From Octopus bimaculoides (taxonomy: Eukaryota), in contig NC_068983.1 of assembly GCF_001194135.2 (NCBI RefSeq), positions 54,878,515 to 54,926,247 of the forward strand: 47,733 nucleotides of DNA, written 5' to 3'. The notes below the pieces were generated by a model. The model searched no databases. It was not told the origin of the DNA and saw only the letters and a program-made list of their open reading frames with translations. The position numbers and the translations under genes were made by a program. The first letter of the stretch is position 1; each line of letters opens with the position of its first letter. Shown here in pieces: positions 12,061-24,990 of the stretch.

Positions 12061-12121
12061 CTCTGTGTGCTTCAGCTTTGTTACTATGGCAACAGTCCGG
12101 ATACTTATTGATCAGACCTTG
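12061..12121 (+). mobile_element. Solo 3' end/TIR of the mariner element seen at 44118
   Basis: ACAGTCCGGATACTTATTGATCAGACCTTG followed by TA; matches 44835-44880. Confidence 0.8.
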
Positions 12122-12580
12122 TATAATATATTTACATATATATAAATATATGTGTGTGTGTGTGTGTGTGGTATCCTTGTCATGATACCATGTGTTGGTT
12201 TTGAGCAGGATTCACCATTATATACAAGTAATATTGCTAAACATGTTGGGCCATGGGGAAGTATTATCTTGCTCAGAAACAGGTGAGGGTTGGGACTGGA
12301 AGAGCACCCTTCTGCAGAAAATCTGCCTCAACAAATTCCTTCCGACTCATGCAAGCATGGAAAAGTGGACATTGAATGGTGATAAGGATGACCAATAATG
12401 CTGCTAGGAAAAGACATAACGTTACAATTTCTTGGTGTAAGAAAACAATCCCCCACCCATAAAAGAAAAACAAACTAATATATCTGTAGGGGTTAATGAT
12501 AGGGTTTATTTTTGCTTTTCAGTAGATACTTGGTCAATATTTTATGGTTCCTTTCATATTAATGGTATAACTGGTACTTG

Positions 12581-12902
12581 TGAAAGTGTGTGGTATAGTG
12601 GTTAAGGTATTTGGCTCACAATTGTAAGGTCATAAGTTCAATTCCCAGCAGCATGTTCTGTTCTTGAGCAAGACACTTTTTCCATGTTGCTCCAGTCCAT
12701 TTAGGTGGGGAAAAATGAATTCTACCTGTATTTCAAAGGGCCAATCTTATCACATTCTGTGTCATGCTGAATCTCTCTGAGAACTATGTTAAGGGTACTT
12801 GTGTTTGTGGAGCTCTCAGCCGCTTGCATGTTAATTTCATGAGCAGGCTGTTCCATTGATCAGATCAGTTGGAACCGTCATCATCGTGACCAAAAGAGTG
12901 CC

Positions 12903-12904
<2 letters not shown>
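12581..12904 (+). mobile_element. Family C tRNA SINE, head C + tail Y
   Basis: Box A TGGTATAGTGGTTAA, box B AGTTCAATTCC, TTCTTGAGCAAGACACTTT; tail matches that of the element at 14862-15247. Confidence 0.75.
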
Positions 12905-12939
<35 letters not shown>

Positions 12940-13528
12940 CTGTATGTGTGTGCATATTCATTACTGGTATCTGTTTTAGCATCTCCTTCAACAGTGCAAA
13001 AATACATCCACTACATGTATGAAGGAAACAAAATCATGCTCTGCTCTCTTTTTGTCATGAATAACCCAAATATATTTGGTAATTTTTTGCTTGTTCCAGT
13101 CAGTGAACTGTGGCCATACTGGAGCACTGCCTTGAAGGGTTTTTTAGTCAAAAAAATCAACCCCAGAACTTATATTATTTTAAAAACTAGTACTGACATT
13201 ATCAATCTCTTTTGCAGAACTGCTAAGTTATGGAGAATGAAACAATCCACCACTAGTTAAGCTGTGGCAGGAGGTTTACACACACACGCACACATAGGCG
13301 CACACACACATGTGGGCGTCTACACAGTTTCTGTGTGTCGCATTTACTCATAAAGCATTGATCAGCCTGGGGCTGTTGAAAAAAACACTTGCCAAGGTGC
13401 TGCACAGTGGGACTGAACCCAAATCTGTGAGGTTGCAAAGCGAATTTCTTAACCACACAGCCATACTAGTGCTTGAGGTCAACAAATAGCTAATCCTTTT
13501 AATCTTTTGTTGCTTTGACATGTATAAA

Positions 13529-13875
13529 AAGTAAAGTAAAGACCCCACTTCGGTCATGAATGACTATGGGATTGCACCTAGAAAGTTCCGTTTTGTGGCG
13601 CAAGTCCAGCAAAGTTGTTTATGGAAGACCAGCAGTCACTCATGCATACCAGCCTCCTATCTCTGTGCCACCAATGTTATCCAAGGGAAGGGCAAAGGCC
13701 GATACATCTTGGCACCAGTGATGTTGCAACTCATGTCTGCAGCTGAATGAAGTGGAGCAACGTGAAATAAAGTGTCTTACTCAAGAACACAACACACAGC
13801 CTGATCTGGGAACCAAACTCTCAACCTCAGGATCATAAGCTTGATGCTCTAACCACTGAGCCATGCACCTTCACA
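13529..13875 (-). mobile_element. Family C tRNA SINE, head C + tail Z ending (CTTTA)n
   Basis: Minus strand GGTGCATGGCTCAGTGGTTAGAGC..TTCTTGAGTAAGACACTTTATTTCACGTTGCTCC..GGGGTCTTTACTTTACTTT; solo tail-Z fragment at about 11671-11780. Confidence 0.75.
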
Positions 13876-14576
13876 TGTGTAACATTGCTAACACTGCATC
13901 ACACAGTCTAGGGTTCCTCTTCAGAATCAGGATATATACTTCATTCTTCATAAGCTGCTGATCTACAAAGCTTAAGTCCTTTATTGTAGCAAAACTGCTT
14001 ACATATAGGAACAGTGCAGCTGTTGTTAATACACAGACATTCACTCTAGACTGCATTCAAGAAAAGACCATTTAGTTCTATCACCAATACATTTTAGCAA
14101 CTCACTGACAATCAAACTGTTTATACTTGCTGTCATTTCTGTTACTACTACTGTCTCTCCTGCTTTGCCTTGTGTCAACACAGTTCATACACTAACCAAG
14201 AGTTATACTGTTTTATGGTATATCTTGGGAGGTTTCATTATGCCTATAAACACACACACACACACGCATGCATGCACAGAGATTCTGTTTCACTTAATTT
14301 TTTATGTGTCAATTAGTTAACTATGTAACCAATTAATTGATCCATTGTTTGATTATTCATTTATTCATTCAGGTAATTAATCAATCAGTTTGTCAAAGTC
14401 CTTTTGTTGCCATTTGTGATCTCGTCAACGAAATGCTCTCTCTCTCTCCACTCCAGGCCTGCCTCTTCTCTGTAACTAAATACTATACTTAAGGCAATGG
14501 CAGAAACAGCTAAGAGTTCCAAGTGGATCTGGTCAAAGAGGAGTGCCAGTGAATTACATAAGGCTTAATATACTCT

Positions 14577-14820
14577 GTGGAGGTGCGTGGCTTAGTGGTT
14601 AGGATGTCAGCACCATGATCGTAAGATTGTGGTTTCGATTCCTGGACCGAGTGACGCTTTGTGTTCTTGAGCAAAACTCTTCATTTCACGTTGCTCCAGT
14701 CCACTCAGTTGGCAAAAATGAGTAACGCTGTGATGGACTGGCTGGGGAACACATACGCCATTGAAACCGGGAAACTGGGCCCATGAGCCTGGCTAGGCTT
14801 TAAAAAGGGGCATTTATTTT
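14577..14820 (+). mobile_element. Family C tRNA SINE, head C + tail X
   Basis: GGTGCGTGGCTTAGTGGTTAGG..GGTTTCGATTCC..TTCTTGAGCAAAAC..TTTCACGTTGCTCCAGTCCACTCAG..GCTGTGATGGACTGGC. Confidence 0.75.
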
Positions 14821-14861
14821 TCATTCTTTAATATACTCTACAATCAAATAGTATCTTAGAC

Positions 14862-15247
14862 TGTTGTTGTTGTTGGCACTCCGTCGCTTACGACGTCGAG
14901 GGTTCCAGTTGATCCGATCAACGGAACAGCCTGCTCGTGAAATTAACGTGCAAGTGGCTGAGCACTCTACAGACACGTGTACCCTTAACATAGTTCTCAG
15001 GGATATTCAGCGTGACACAGAGTGTGACAAGGCTGACCCTTTGAATTACAGGCACAACAGGAAGTAAGAGTGAGAGAAAGTTGTGGTGAAAGAGTACAGC
15101 AGGGTTTGCCACCATCCCCTGCTGGAGCCTTGTGGAGCTTTAGGTGTTTTCGGTCAATAAAAACTCACAACGCCCGATCTGGGAATCGAAACCGTGATAC
15201 TATGACCGCGAGTCCGCTGCCCTAACCACTGGGCCATACGCCTCCAC
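14862..15247 (-). mobile_element. tRNA SINE, different head + tail Y, ending (AAC)n
   Basis: Minus strand GGAGGCGTATGGCCCAGTGGTTAGGGCAGCGG..GGTTTCGATTCCC; many intact CpGs suggest a young copy. Confidence 0.8.
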
Positions 15248-16207
15248 TATCTTAGACTGAACTGGTTGCAACACCAAAGTACCTTGGTTCAGGAGTACCT
15301 TAACCACCCAGGAGGGTTGCAATGCAGACATAACACAGAATATGCGACAGGAGATGATCCAAGAGTCATGACCTAGATGCAACCTTATCCCCTTAGAATG
15401 TAAGGATTTAGGGGTCAAAGCACTTGCATGTGCAGGAGTGTCTTCTCTGAAGACCTTCTGCTCTCACCAGAGTTTCTAAATACGATTTTTCTCTCATCTT
15501 TTTTTCTTCTAAATTTGAAGTTCTGTTTTTATGTAAGAGACGAAGGTAGAATGGAAAGATAAATTTAAACTGTTTTTAATTAGCTGACCTACTTAAAAAG
15601 AAAATGTTATCAACATGTTTTTATTAAAAGACAGCTATTTTCAGATGGTTTGCATTTCACATTTACTGTTGGATGTGCCAATGAAGAAACTTCTGCTTCT
15701 ATGTGGTTGCTTCATCTGCTAGAAATAGTAGCCAGATCTCTTTCAAATTTTTTCCTGCCATCTTGAGAAAGGAGAGGTGGCTGTAAGGTAATATAGTTAG
15801 AGAAACAATGCTCCAGAGTAGGACTAGATGGTCATGGTTGGAATGCTTTTGATCTTTGGTTGTTTCAGTCAGGGCTCAGTTGGTGCTAAACAGCAAATGC
15901 AACTGTTATAAGATTTTGTTTTCAGCTGTATTGATTAGTAATCTTGGAATCCTCATTACTCTGCTGACAGAAGGCCGTTCTGCAAATGAATCTTTTACAA
16001 TGATCTATGGAGAATTTAATGCAATATTCACCTGTGGTTTGTTGTCTCTACATTCCAAAAGACATATCCAGTTCCTTCCAATGTTACTCTGAAATCTAAC
16101 TGTGTTTCAGTTCTACACACCATTTACTTTATTGAAAGTAACCTTAGTAGAAGCTCATGTATATGTTCATTTGTTTTATGTCCCTTTTTCTATGCCAGCA
16201 CCTTGTT

Positions 16208-16245
16208 TCTTTCTGTGGAAGAGCATAGGCTCGAAACGTTAAAGA
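16208..16245 (+). ncRNA. Minimal type I hammerhead-like motif with variant core (Penelope-like)
   Basis: TCTTT-CTGTGGA-A-GAGC-atag-GCTC-GAAAC-GTT-AAAGA. Confidence 0.55.
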
Positions 16246-16489
16246 CTTTTTCAATTCCCGAGCGTTATACTAATACATCTGTTTGCTTTCATTTTGACTG
16301 TGGGCATGCTGGAGTTGAGCAAATCGACCCCAGGACTTTATTCTTTGTAAGCCTAGTACTTTTTCTATTTGTCTCTTTTGCCAAACTGCTAAGTTACGGG
16401 AATGTAAATGTACCAGCATTGGTTGTCAAGCGATGTTATGGGGTGGGAGAGACAAACAGACACATACATATAAATATGTATATATATCT

Positions 16490-16695
16490 TTTTTACTCTT
16501 TTACTTGTTTCAGTCATTTTGACTGCGGCCATGCTGGAGCACCGCCTTTAGTCGAGCAAATCGACCACAGGACTTATTCTTTGTAAGCCTAGTACTTATT
16601 CTATCGGCCTCTTTTGCCAAACCGCTAAGTTACGGGGACGTAAACACACCAGCATTGGTTGTCAAGCGATGTTGGGGGGGACAAACACAGACACA

Positions 16696-16746
<51 letters not shown>

Positions 16747-16930
16747 ACACACACACACACACATATATACGACGGGCTTCTTTCAGTTTCCGTCTACCAA
16801 ATCCACTCAAGGCTTTGGTCAGCCCAAGGCTATAGTAGAAGACACTTGCCCAAGGTGCCACGTAGTGGGACTGAACCCGGAACCATGTGGTTGGTAAGCA
16901 AGCTATTTACCACACAGCCACTCCTCCGCC
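16490..16930 (-). mobile_element. Family B SINE, near full length, preceded by a truncated B tail (about 16285-16480)
   Basis: High match to other B copies; internal (CA)n. Confidence 0.88.
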
Positions 16931-17466
16931 TGTACTTTTGTCACTTTTTTTTTGCGTTCAAATCCTATAAGCTAACATTTATTGAGACATTATTGGTGAT
17001 GCTACTAAGAACCAATAATATACCACTTAGTGCAATTAACAATGTATATATTTTTCTCCTCTTTACAGACGTGTGACTAGCCAAAAAGAAGTTTGTATAA
17101 AAGTCCCTTTGATACCAAAGTGGTTTTTTAGCTGAACCAAAAATATAAAGGATGGCATTGTAACAGCACATTCCTCAATCATCTGTAATGAAAATTTTGA
17201 CATTAGCTCTGTGATAATTGCACAGAAAAAAAATTATTTGATGGACTGGTTTGGTGTCAGAAGTATCTATCATGTCAAAAAATATTCCCAAATAATCTGA
17301 CTATAAAAAAAAAAGAAAGAAAAAAAGCATTTATTTATCCTACACATGTGTGTAATGAGTATTCTCAGTATTTTTGTTCCTCATCCATTCTTCTTCAGAG
17401 ATGGATAATAATTTATATAGCAACAGCTGATCAACTCTTTTGACGTTTTCTTAGATAGTTTGGTAC

Positions 17467-17762
17467 CATCATCATCATCATCGTTTAACGTCCGCTTTCC
17501 ATGCTAGCATGGGTTGGACAATTTGACTGAGGACTGGTGAAACCAGATGGCTACACCAGGCTCCAATCTGATTTGGCAGAGTTTCTACAGCTGGATGCCC
17601 TTCCTAACACCAACCACTCCGAGAGTGTAGTGGGTTCTTTTATGTGCCACCGGCACGAAGGCCAGTCAGGTGGTACTGGCAACAGCCATGCTCAAAATGG
17701 TGTCTTTTATGTGCCACCCGCACAAGAGCCAGTCCAGGGGCACTGGCAACGATCTCGCTCGA
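17467..17762 (-). mobile_element. RTE 3'UTR fragment (family D)
   Basis: (CAT)n-CGTTTAACGTCCGC..GCTGGATGCCCTTCCTAAC. Confidence 0.85.
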
Positions 17763-18327
17763 AAGTCCTTATATTTCTGCAATGAAGCAATGCTGAATGT
17801 CTCCTGCTTAGAAATAGTCAGAAAATAACTGGACATGTTTCCATGGAAAATTGAAAATTAGATACCTAATATATGACAATGACACTCGTTTTCATCCAGC
17901 TTGCCAAGTTATGACAAAGAGCCACAAAACATACATATGTACATACACATGCACGTCTTGCAAGTTACTTGGCAACCTAACTAGGGATAGAGGCACGAAG
18001 AAAAGCTCCCAGTATAACCTGTAAAGTGGTTGGTACTAGGAAAGGCATCTAGCCCCAGAAACCATGCTGAAACTGACAATGGAATTTGATACAGCCCCGT
18101 GGCTCACTGGATCCTATCAAATTGTCCACACATGCCAGCACAACCACACAACCACACCTGGCCATCAGCTTTATGTATTTGGCCATTCTTTTTGCGCCTA
18201 AAAGGTTACCATTCTTAGAATCCTTCAGTACAATTTCCTTTTGCTTTTCATTTTTTCATTATTATTATTATAAAAAAAATTCAAGCGAGATTGTTCCCAG
18301 TGCCAAAAACAAAAAAAAATTGGGGCG

Positions 18328-18610
18328 AGATCGTTGCCAGTGCTGCTGGACTGGCTTCTGTGCAGGTGGCATGTAAAAAACACCATTTTGAGCGTGGCCA
18401 TTGCCAGTACCGCTTGACTGGCCCTCGTGCTGGTGGCACATAAAAGCACCCACTACACTCTCAGAGTGGCTGGCGTTAGGAAGGGCATCCAGCTGTAGAA
18501 ACTCTGCCAGATCAGATTGGAGCCTGGTGCAGCCATCTGGTTCACCAGTCCTCAGTCAAATCGTCCAACCCATGCTAGCATGGAAGGCAGACGTTAAATG
18601 ATGATGATGA
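18328..18610 (+). mobile_element. RTE 3'UTR fragment (family D)
   Basis: Same motifs as other D copies with (GAT)n tail. Confidence 0.85.
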
Positions 18611-18616
18611 TTATTA

Positions 18617-19138
18617 TTAGCTGGCAGAATCTTTGGCATGCTGTCCAAAATGCTTAGTGACATATTGTCCAGCTTTTCGTTCTGAGCTCAAATTCCACTG
18701 AGGCCGACTTTATCCTTTCATCCTTTCGGAGTCAATTAAATAAGTATCAGTTATGCACTGGGGTTGATGTAATCAACTAGCCTTCACCCAAAAATAAACA
18801 ATTTCAGGCCTTGTGCCTATAGTAGAAAGGATTATTATTATTACTATTATTGACGAGCTGGCAGAACCGTTAGCACACTGGGTGAAATGCTTAGCGGCAT
18901 CTCCTCCGTCCTTATGTTCTGAGTTCAAATTCCGCTGAGGTTGACTTTGCCTTTCATCCTTTCGGGGTTGATAAAATAAGTACCAGTGGAACACTGGGGG
19001 TCGATGTAATCGACTGGTCCCCTCCCCTAAAATTTCAGGCCTTGGGCCTATAGTAGAAAGGATGATTATCATTAAGACAGCAAGCTGGCAGAATTGTTAG
19101 CATGCTGGACAAAATGCTTAGTAGTGTTTCACCAATCA
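18617..19138 (+). mobile_element. Three head-to-tail family A (tail-2) SINEs
   Basis: Each starts GCTGGCAGAA after an (ATT)n-like tail; third runs into an N gap. Confidence 0.82.
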
Positions 19139-19546
19139 NNNNNNNNNNNNNNNNNNNNNNNNNNNNNNNNNNNNNNNNNNNNNNNNNNNNNNNNNNNNNN
19201 NNNNNNNNNNNNNNNNNNNNNNNNNNNNNNNNNNNNNNNNNNNNNNNNNNNNNNNNNNNNNNNNNNNNNNNNNNNNNNNNNNNNNNNNNNNNNNNNNNNN
19301 NNNNNNNNNNNNNNNNNNNNNNNNNNNNNNNNNNNNNNNNNNNNNNNNNNNNNNNNNNNNNNNNNNNNNNNNNNNNNNNNNNNNNNNNNNNNNNNNNNNN
19401 NNNNNNNNNNNNNNNNNNNNNNNNNNNNNNNNNNNNNNNNNNNNNNNNNNNNNNNNNNNNNNNNNNNNNNNNNNNNNNNNNNNNNNNNNNNNNNNNNNNN
19501 NNNNNNNNNNNNNNNNNNNNNNNNNNNNNNNNNNNNNNNNNNNNNN

Positions 19547-19587
<41 letters not shown>

Positions 19588-20149
19588 ATATATAAAGTGG
19601 GCTTCTTTCAGTTTTCGTCTACCAAATCACTCAAGGCTTTGGGTGGTCCAGAGCTATAGTTGAAGACACTTACCCACGGTGCCACACAGCAGGACTGAAC
19701 TCTGGGCCATGTGGTTGGGAAGCGAACTTCTTACCACACAACCACTTCCGCACCTTTGATAAATGTTAGATATTGTCAAGTTGTAATTTCTGATTAAATG
19801 AAAGACATTAAGATACCGATTAATAACAATGATGATTATGACTATGATGATAATGAGTGTCATGGTAATAGCCATATTGATTTTAATCTTAGTGCAATTA
19901 AGACAGATCAATCAAATTTTTAGTATTTAATCTTGATGCCAATAACAAAATAACGAAGTGACAGTGTCATGTAGGGCCCCTAAAAAATGGTCGTGTCAAA
20001 CTAAATTATACTTTGCCTTGAAAAATACAATATATTGATTTTTGTTATAAATTATGCTTTGTGTTTGAATCTTTAAAAAGTCATGAGAACACTGGGGAAA
20101 TGAATTTAGGCATTCTTTCTGCTGCTTTATATTTCTGAGTTTAAATCCG

Positions 20150-20366
20150 TTGCCAGTATCGAGTAACTGGCCTTCGTGCTGGTGGCACGTAAAATCACCC
20201 GCTACACTCTCGGAGTGGTTGGCGTTAGGAAGGGCATCCAGCTGTAGAAACTCTGCCAAATCAGATTGGAGCCTGGTGTAGCCATCTGGTTCACCAGTCC
20301 TCAGTCAAATCGTCCAACCAATGCTAGCATGGAGAGTGGACGTTAAACGACGATGATGATGATGAT
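20150..20366 (+). mobile_element. RTE 3'UTR fragment (family D)
   Basis: GTGCTGGTGGCACGTAAAATCACC..GGCGTTAGGAAGGGCATCCAGC..(GAT)n. Confidence 0.85.
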
Positions 20367-20999
20367 TAAATCCTACTAAGGTCATGTTTGCTTTTTATCC
20401 TTTTTGGGGTTGATAAAGTATCAGTCAAGTACTGGGATTGATGTAAATGACTAACCTCTCTTCTAATAAAAATTGTTGGCCTCAAACCTAAATCAGAAAC
20501 CGTTTCTGTTTCTTTACATTCTGAGTTCAATTTCTGATGTGGTCAACTTTGGTTTTTGTCTTCTTTGGGGTGATAAAATACAATAAAAGTCAAAAATTGG
20601 GGTTGATATTATCAACTTGTCTGCTCACTTCAAAGCTGCTGGCCAAAAATTCGAAAGAATTATCATCATGTTGGCAGAATCATTAGAATGCTGGACAGAA
20701 TGCTTCATGGCATTTATCTTTTCCTTGCTTCAGTCATTAGACTGTGGCCCTTCCGGGGCACCATTTTGAGGAACTTTTAGTTAAATGAAATGACCTTAGT
20801 ACTTTTTTCTTTTGAAGTCTGGAACTTATTTTATCAATCCTTTATGCTGAACTGCTAAGTTACAGAAACATAAACAAACCAACATTGATTGTCAACTGGA
20901 TATTTTAATTGGTTTCCCTTTCAAAAAATTTTGAAGAACTACATAGATTTTGAAGAATTGCAACTTCTGTCTATTTATCTCTCTTTCCATTACTTTCAG

Positions 21000-21161
21000 G
21001 ATCCTCGCTTTAATTATGAGATTGATCAAAAAACTGGCTACAAGACACACAGCATTCTCAGCATGCCAATTAAAGACCGAGATGGTGAAGTGATCGGAGT
21101 TGCACAGACAGTCAACAAGTTCAGTGGAAAAGACGAGCCCTTTGATGTAAAAGATGAAAAG
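21000..21161 (+). CDS. PDE5A: Internal exon of a GAF-domain cyclic nucleotide phosphodiesterase (PDE5/6/11 clade), GAF-A region: [54 protein letters not shown]
   Basis: Pyrimidine tract and ttcAG acceptor (20998-20999), GTatat donor at 21162; 162 nt, phase 0-0. The 54 aa align without gaps to human PDE5A GAF-A as recalled ([54 protein letters not shown]). Symbol means PDE5A-like; orthology versus invertebrate PDE11/PDE6 needs a tree. Confidence 0.93.
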
Positions 21162-22177
21162 GTATATACCTGCCTTGATTTTATAAATGAATTTATGTAA
21201 AATTTCCCAAATCCTCTTTGTATTTTTTTCCCCAGGTTTTAACATATATTTTGCTCTCTTATATCATTTGGTCCAAGTTCTAGACATCAGCATTGTTTAA
21301 CGTCCATTTTTCCATGATTGCAGGAGTCAAATGGAATTTGTTGAAGCAAATTTTCTTTGGCTGAATGCCCTTCCTGCTGCCAACCCTCACCTGTTTTCAA
21401 GTAATGTAATATTTTTTCCATGGCGAGATATTTTCACAGAAGACTGGAAACGGACAACTTCTTTTGCATTATGTTAAATTGCTGGCTTGTACCCAAATTT
21501 TAAGCAATTATTAGTGAACTAGTTTATTATTTTTCTTAATTATCTTGAGTCTAAAACTGAACAGTTTTCTGTACAGAGAAAAAAATTAGATCTTTCTAGA
21601 GAAAGATGATGACAATGTGGGCGGTGCCAAACTATTGACTTTTTACCATTTAGTCATAATTTCAATTGTTATTTCCACTTCAGTTATTTTTGTTTTTCTA
21701 ACACCAACGGGCAAGGTTCACAACTCCACTTGCTTTCTTGTCTGTCTGTACATCACTTTGTCTGAGAAACCTACTTAATATTTTAATTTTATAACTACAT
21801 CATTAATGGAAGTATTGACATTCAACTATAAAACGAAAAGAAAATTTATTCGAGTTGCTGCTACAAGATGTTATTGACCAAATGAACTAAATCTTTTCAT
21901 CTTTAACATTAAAAATTAGACATAAAAACAGTGGGAAAATATAAAAAAGAAGAAAACCACGAATGGTATTTGATTTAAGCATTTAACCTGATATTTAAGG
22001 GGAAGGGTTGGTTGATACCATTGGCCCCAGTGTCTGATTTAGATTTTATTTTATTGATTTAGAAAGATAAAAGCAAAGCTTCCACTTGCAGGTTTTGTAT
22101 TCAAAATGTTAAGATCCCTGGTTGAATAGTTTTAAGTACTTTCTCCAATACTCAAAATATTCTGCCAAATAGTAGTA

Positions 22178-22226
<49 letters not shown>

Positions 22227-22244
22227 TAATAATAAAAATAATAA

Positions 22245-22458
22245 CCCTTTCTACTGAAGGTACAAGGCCTGAAATTTTGGGCAAGGGGCTAGTTGATTAT
22301 GTCATCCCCAGTATGTAACTGGGACTTATTTCATTGACCCCGAAAGGATGAAGGACAAAGTTGATCTTGGTGGCATTTGCACTCAGAATGTAATGACAGA
22401 TGAAATTCCACTAAGCATTTTGCCTGGCATACTAATGATTCTGCCAGCTCACTGCCTC

Positions 22459-22490
<32 letters not shown>

Positions 22491-23220
22491 CCTTTCTACT
22501 ATAGGCACAAGGTTTGAAATTTGTGGGGAGGGAGTAAGTTGATCACATCGACCTCAGTACTTGACTGGTACTTAATTTATCAACCCCAAAAGAATGAAAG
22601 GCAAAGTCGACCTCAGCGGAATTTGAACTCAGAACATAGCGACAGATGAAATACTGCTAAGCATTTCGCCTGGTGTGCTAATGATTCTTCCAACTCACTG
22701 CCTTAAATAATATTTTCTACTAATGGCGCAAGGTATGAAATTTGGGGCATGGAAAGGGTTAAATTTATTGCATCGACTCAAAACCCCCGTGGAAAGTACT
22801 GTCTCTCTGAGGATACATAACTTGACAGGGAGTCATTTAAATGAGCCCCTGTAGATCATCACTGTGCAAATGAAGAAATGAATAATAATAATATCAATAA
22901 TAATAATAATGATGATGATTAATGATAATAATAATACTTTCTACTATAAGCACAAGGCATGAAATTTTGGGGGAGGAGACTAGTCAATTACATCGACCCT
23001 AGTGTTTCAGTGGTACTTAATTTACTGACCCTGAAAGGATAAGGCAAAGTCGACCTCGGTGGAATTCGAACTCAGAATGTAGCGATGGGTGAAACACCAC
23101 TAAGCATTTCGCCCTGTGTGCTAACGATTCTGCCAGCTCCCTGTCTTTAATAAACTTTTCTACTAAAGGCACAAGGTCTGAAATTTGGAGGGAAGGGGTT
23201 AAGTCGATGTAATTGTCTTA
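22245..23220 (-). mobile_element. Head-to-tail array of family A (tail-2) SINEs with a duplicated non-SINE module
   Basis: Copies at about 22245-22460, 22490-22706 and 22937-23148 plus tail fragments, separated by (AAT)n. Confidence 0.82.
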
Positions 23221-23674
23221 AGCCCCGGTGGAAAGTACTGAGGAAAGTACTGTCTCTCTGAGGATACATAACTTGACAGGGAGTCATTTAAATGAGTCAG
23301 TGTTAACAAGGTCATCACTGTGCAAAAATGAAGTTAATAATAATAATAATAATAATAAGAAGAAGAAGAATAATGAAGGACTTATTCTTTATGTAAAACG
23401 TTTTTCAAAGTTTCAACCAAGTGATAATAAATACTCTTATGGTTTTGAAGGGGGAGAAAAAAAACACCCAAAACTTCTAATAATAATAATATATAAATGG
23501 TTAGAAAATGACTGGTCATTCATAAAAAGATTATAGTTGCAGAGTGACTGAAGTTGTAGTGTTGAGATAAACGGGAAATGATCTTTGTAGCATGATATAA
23601 CTAAATGTCAGACAACTTGACATAGTTTTAAGGGAAGGAAACCAAATGATGTAAATAATGAAATACTGAGCAGC

Positions 23675-23713
<39 letters not shown>

Positions 23714-24544
23714 ATGTGTGTTATCACTGTAGTTCTTTATTCAAATTATTGTTGTTACCCCATCCAAAATCTTGGTTCTCTTACTGGTACAATGAGTATA
23801 TTGCCCCTACCCCACACTACCAGTTATATGGGGACTAACTACAATTTGAATAATGAAGAATTTTATATACTTTACCCTCTGGTATTGAGTACTTTTTATG
23901 TTCGTCATCACTTTCATTTATGTATTATGTTATACATATATATATATATATATGTGTGTGTGTATGTATCTGACCAGCATCATTTAATGTTCATTTTCCA
24001 TGCTGGCATTGGTAGGTCAGCTTGACAAGAAGTGGCAAGATGGAGGACTGCATCAACCCCACTGTTGTGGCATGGTTTTTACAGCTGGATGCCCTTCCTA
24101 ATACCAACCACTTTACAGAGTGGACTCAGTGCTTTTCACATAGCACCAGCACTGTGTGTGTGTGTTTTTGTGTTTGTGTGTTTGTATCATTCCCATTTAA
24201 CATCCATGTTCTATGCTGACATGTTGGCTGGCTTGACAGGATCTGACAGGGCTGAGGTCTGCATCATGTTCCTCTGTCTAGTTTGACATGATTTCTACAG
24301 CCAGATACCCTTCCTAACACCAAACAACTTGCTGCATGCTTTTTTTTTTGTGGCACTATGCAGTGGGATTGAACCTGGAACTATGTGGTTGGGAAGTAAA
24401 CATCTTGCTGCACAACCACACCTGCATCACCACACACCACACACACACACACACACACTCACATAGCCACTGGAATTGCCAGGTCATATGATTTTACCCT
24501 GTTTTGGGTTCCTCAGTGGCAGACATTTGGTATAAATATAGATA

Positions 24545-24940
24545 TTCTTTTATTCTTTTACTTGTTTGTCATTTCACTGTGTCCATGCTGGAGCACTATC
24601 TTAAAGGATTTTAGTTGAAGAAATCAACCCCAAGACTTATTCTTTATAAGCGTAGTACTTAATCTATGAATCTCTTTTGCCAAAGCACTAAGTTATGGGA
24701 ACGTAAACACACCAACATCAGTTGTCAGGCGATAGTGGATGACAAACTCAGACACAAAGACACACACACACGCACACACATATATGACGGGCTTCTTTCA
24801 GTTTCTGCCTACCAAATCCACTCACAAGGCTTCGGTTGGCTTGAAGCTGCAGTAGAAGACACTTGCACAAGGTGTCATGCAGTGGGACTGAACCTGGAAT
24901 CATGGCAAGCTTCTTACCTCACAGCCACACCTGCACCTAT
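24545..24940 (-). mobile_element. Family B SINE
   Basis: Reverse complement of B tail, core and head. Confidence 0.8.
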
Positions 24941-24959
24941 ATATATGTGTGTGTGTGTG

Positions 24960-24990
<31 letters not shown>

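Noticed and set aside
1-20999. Upstream PDE exon (N-terminal half of GAF-A)
   Set aside because: No ORF or splice-bounded segment with GAF-like sequence found by eye; it is probably outside the window or in a gap. Likewise no VLLDLA-type exon after 42088.
20889-21200. 103-aa ORF as a complete gene
   Set aside because: Only 21000-21161 is GAF-like and bounded by splice sites; the rest is read-through into intron and SINE.
20150-21430. Inverted D (plus) and tail W (minus) repeats flanking the 21000 exon as an editing or circularisation duplex
   Set aside because: The two repeats are different subfamilies with short, diverged shared sequence, and I saw no sequence complementary to the exon itself.
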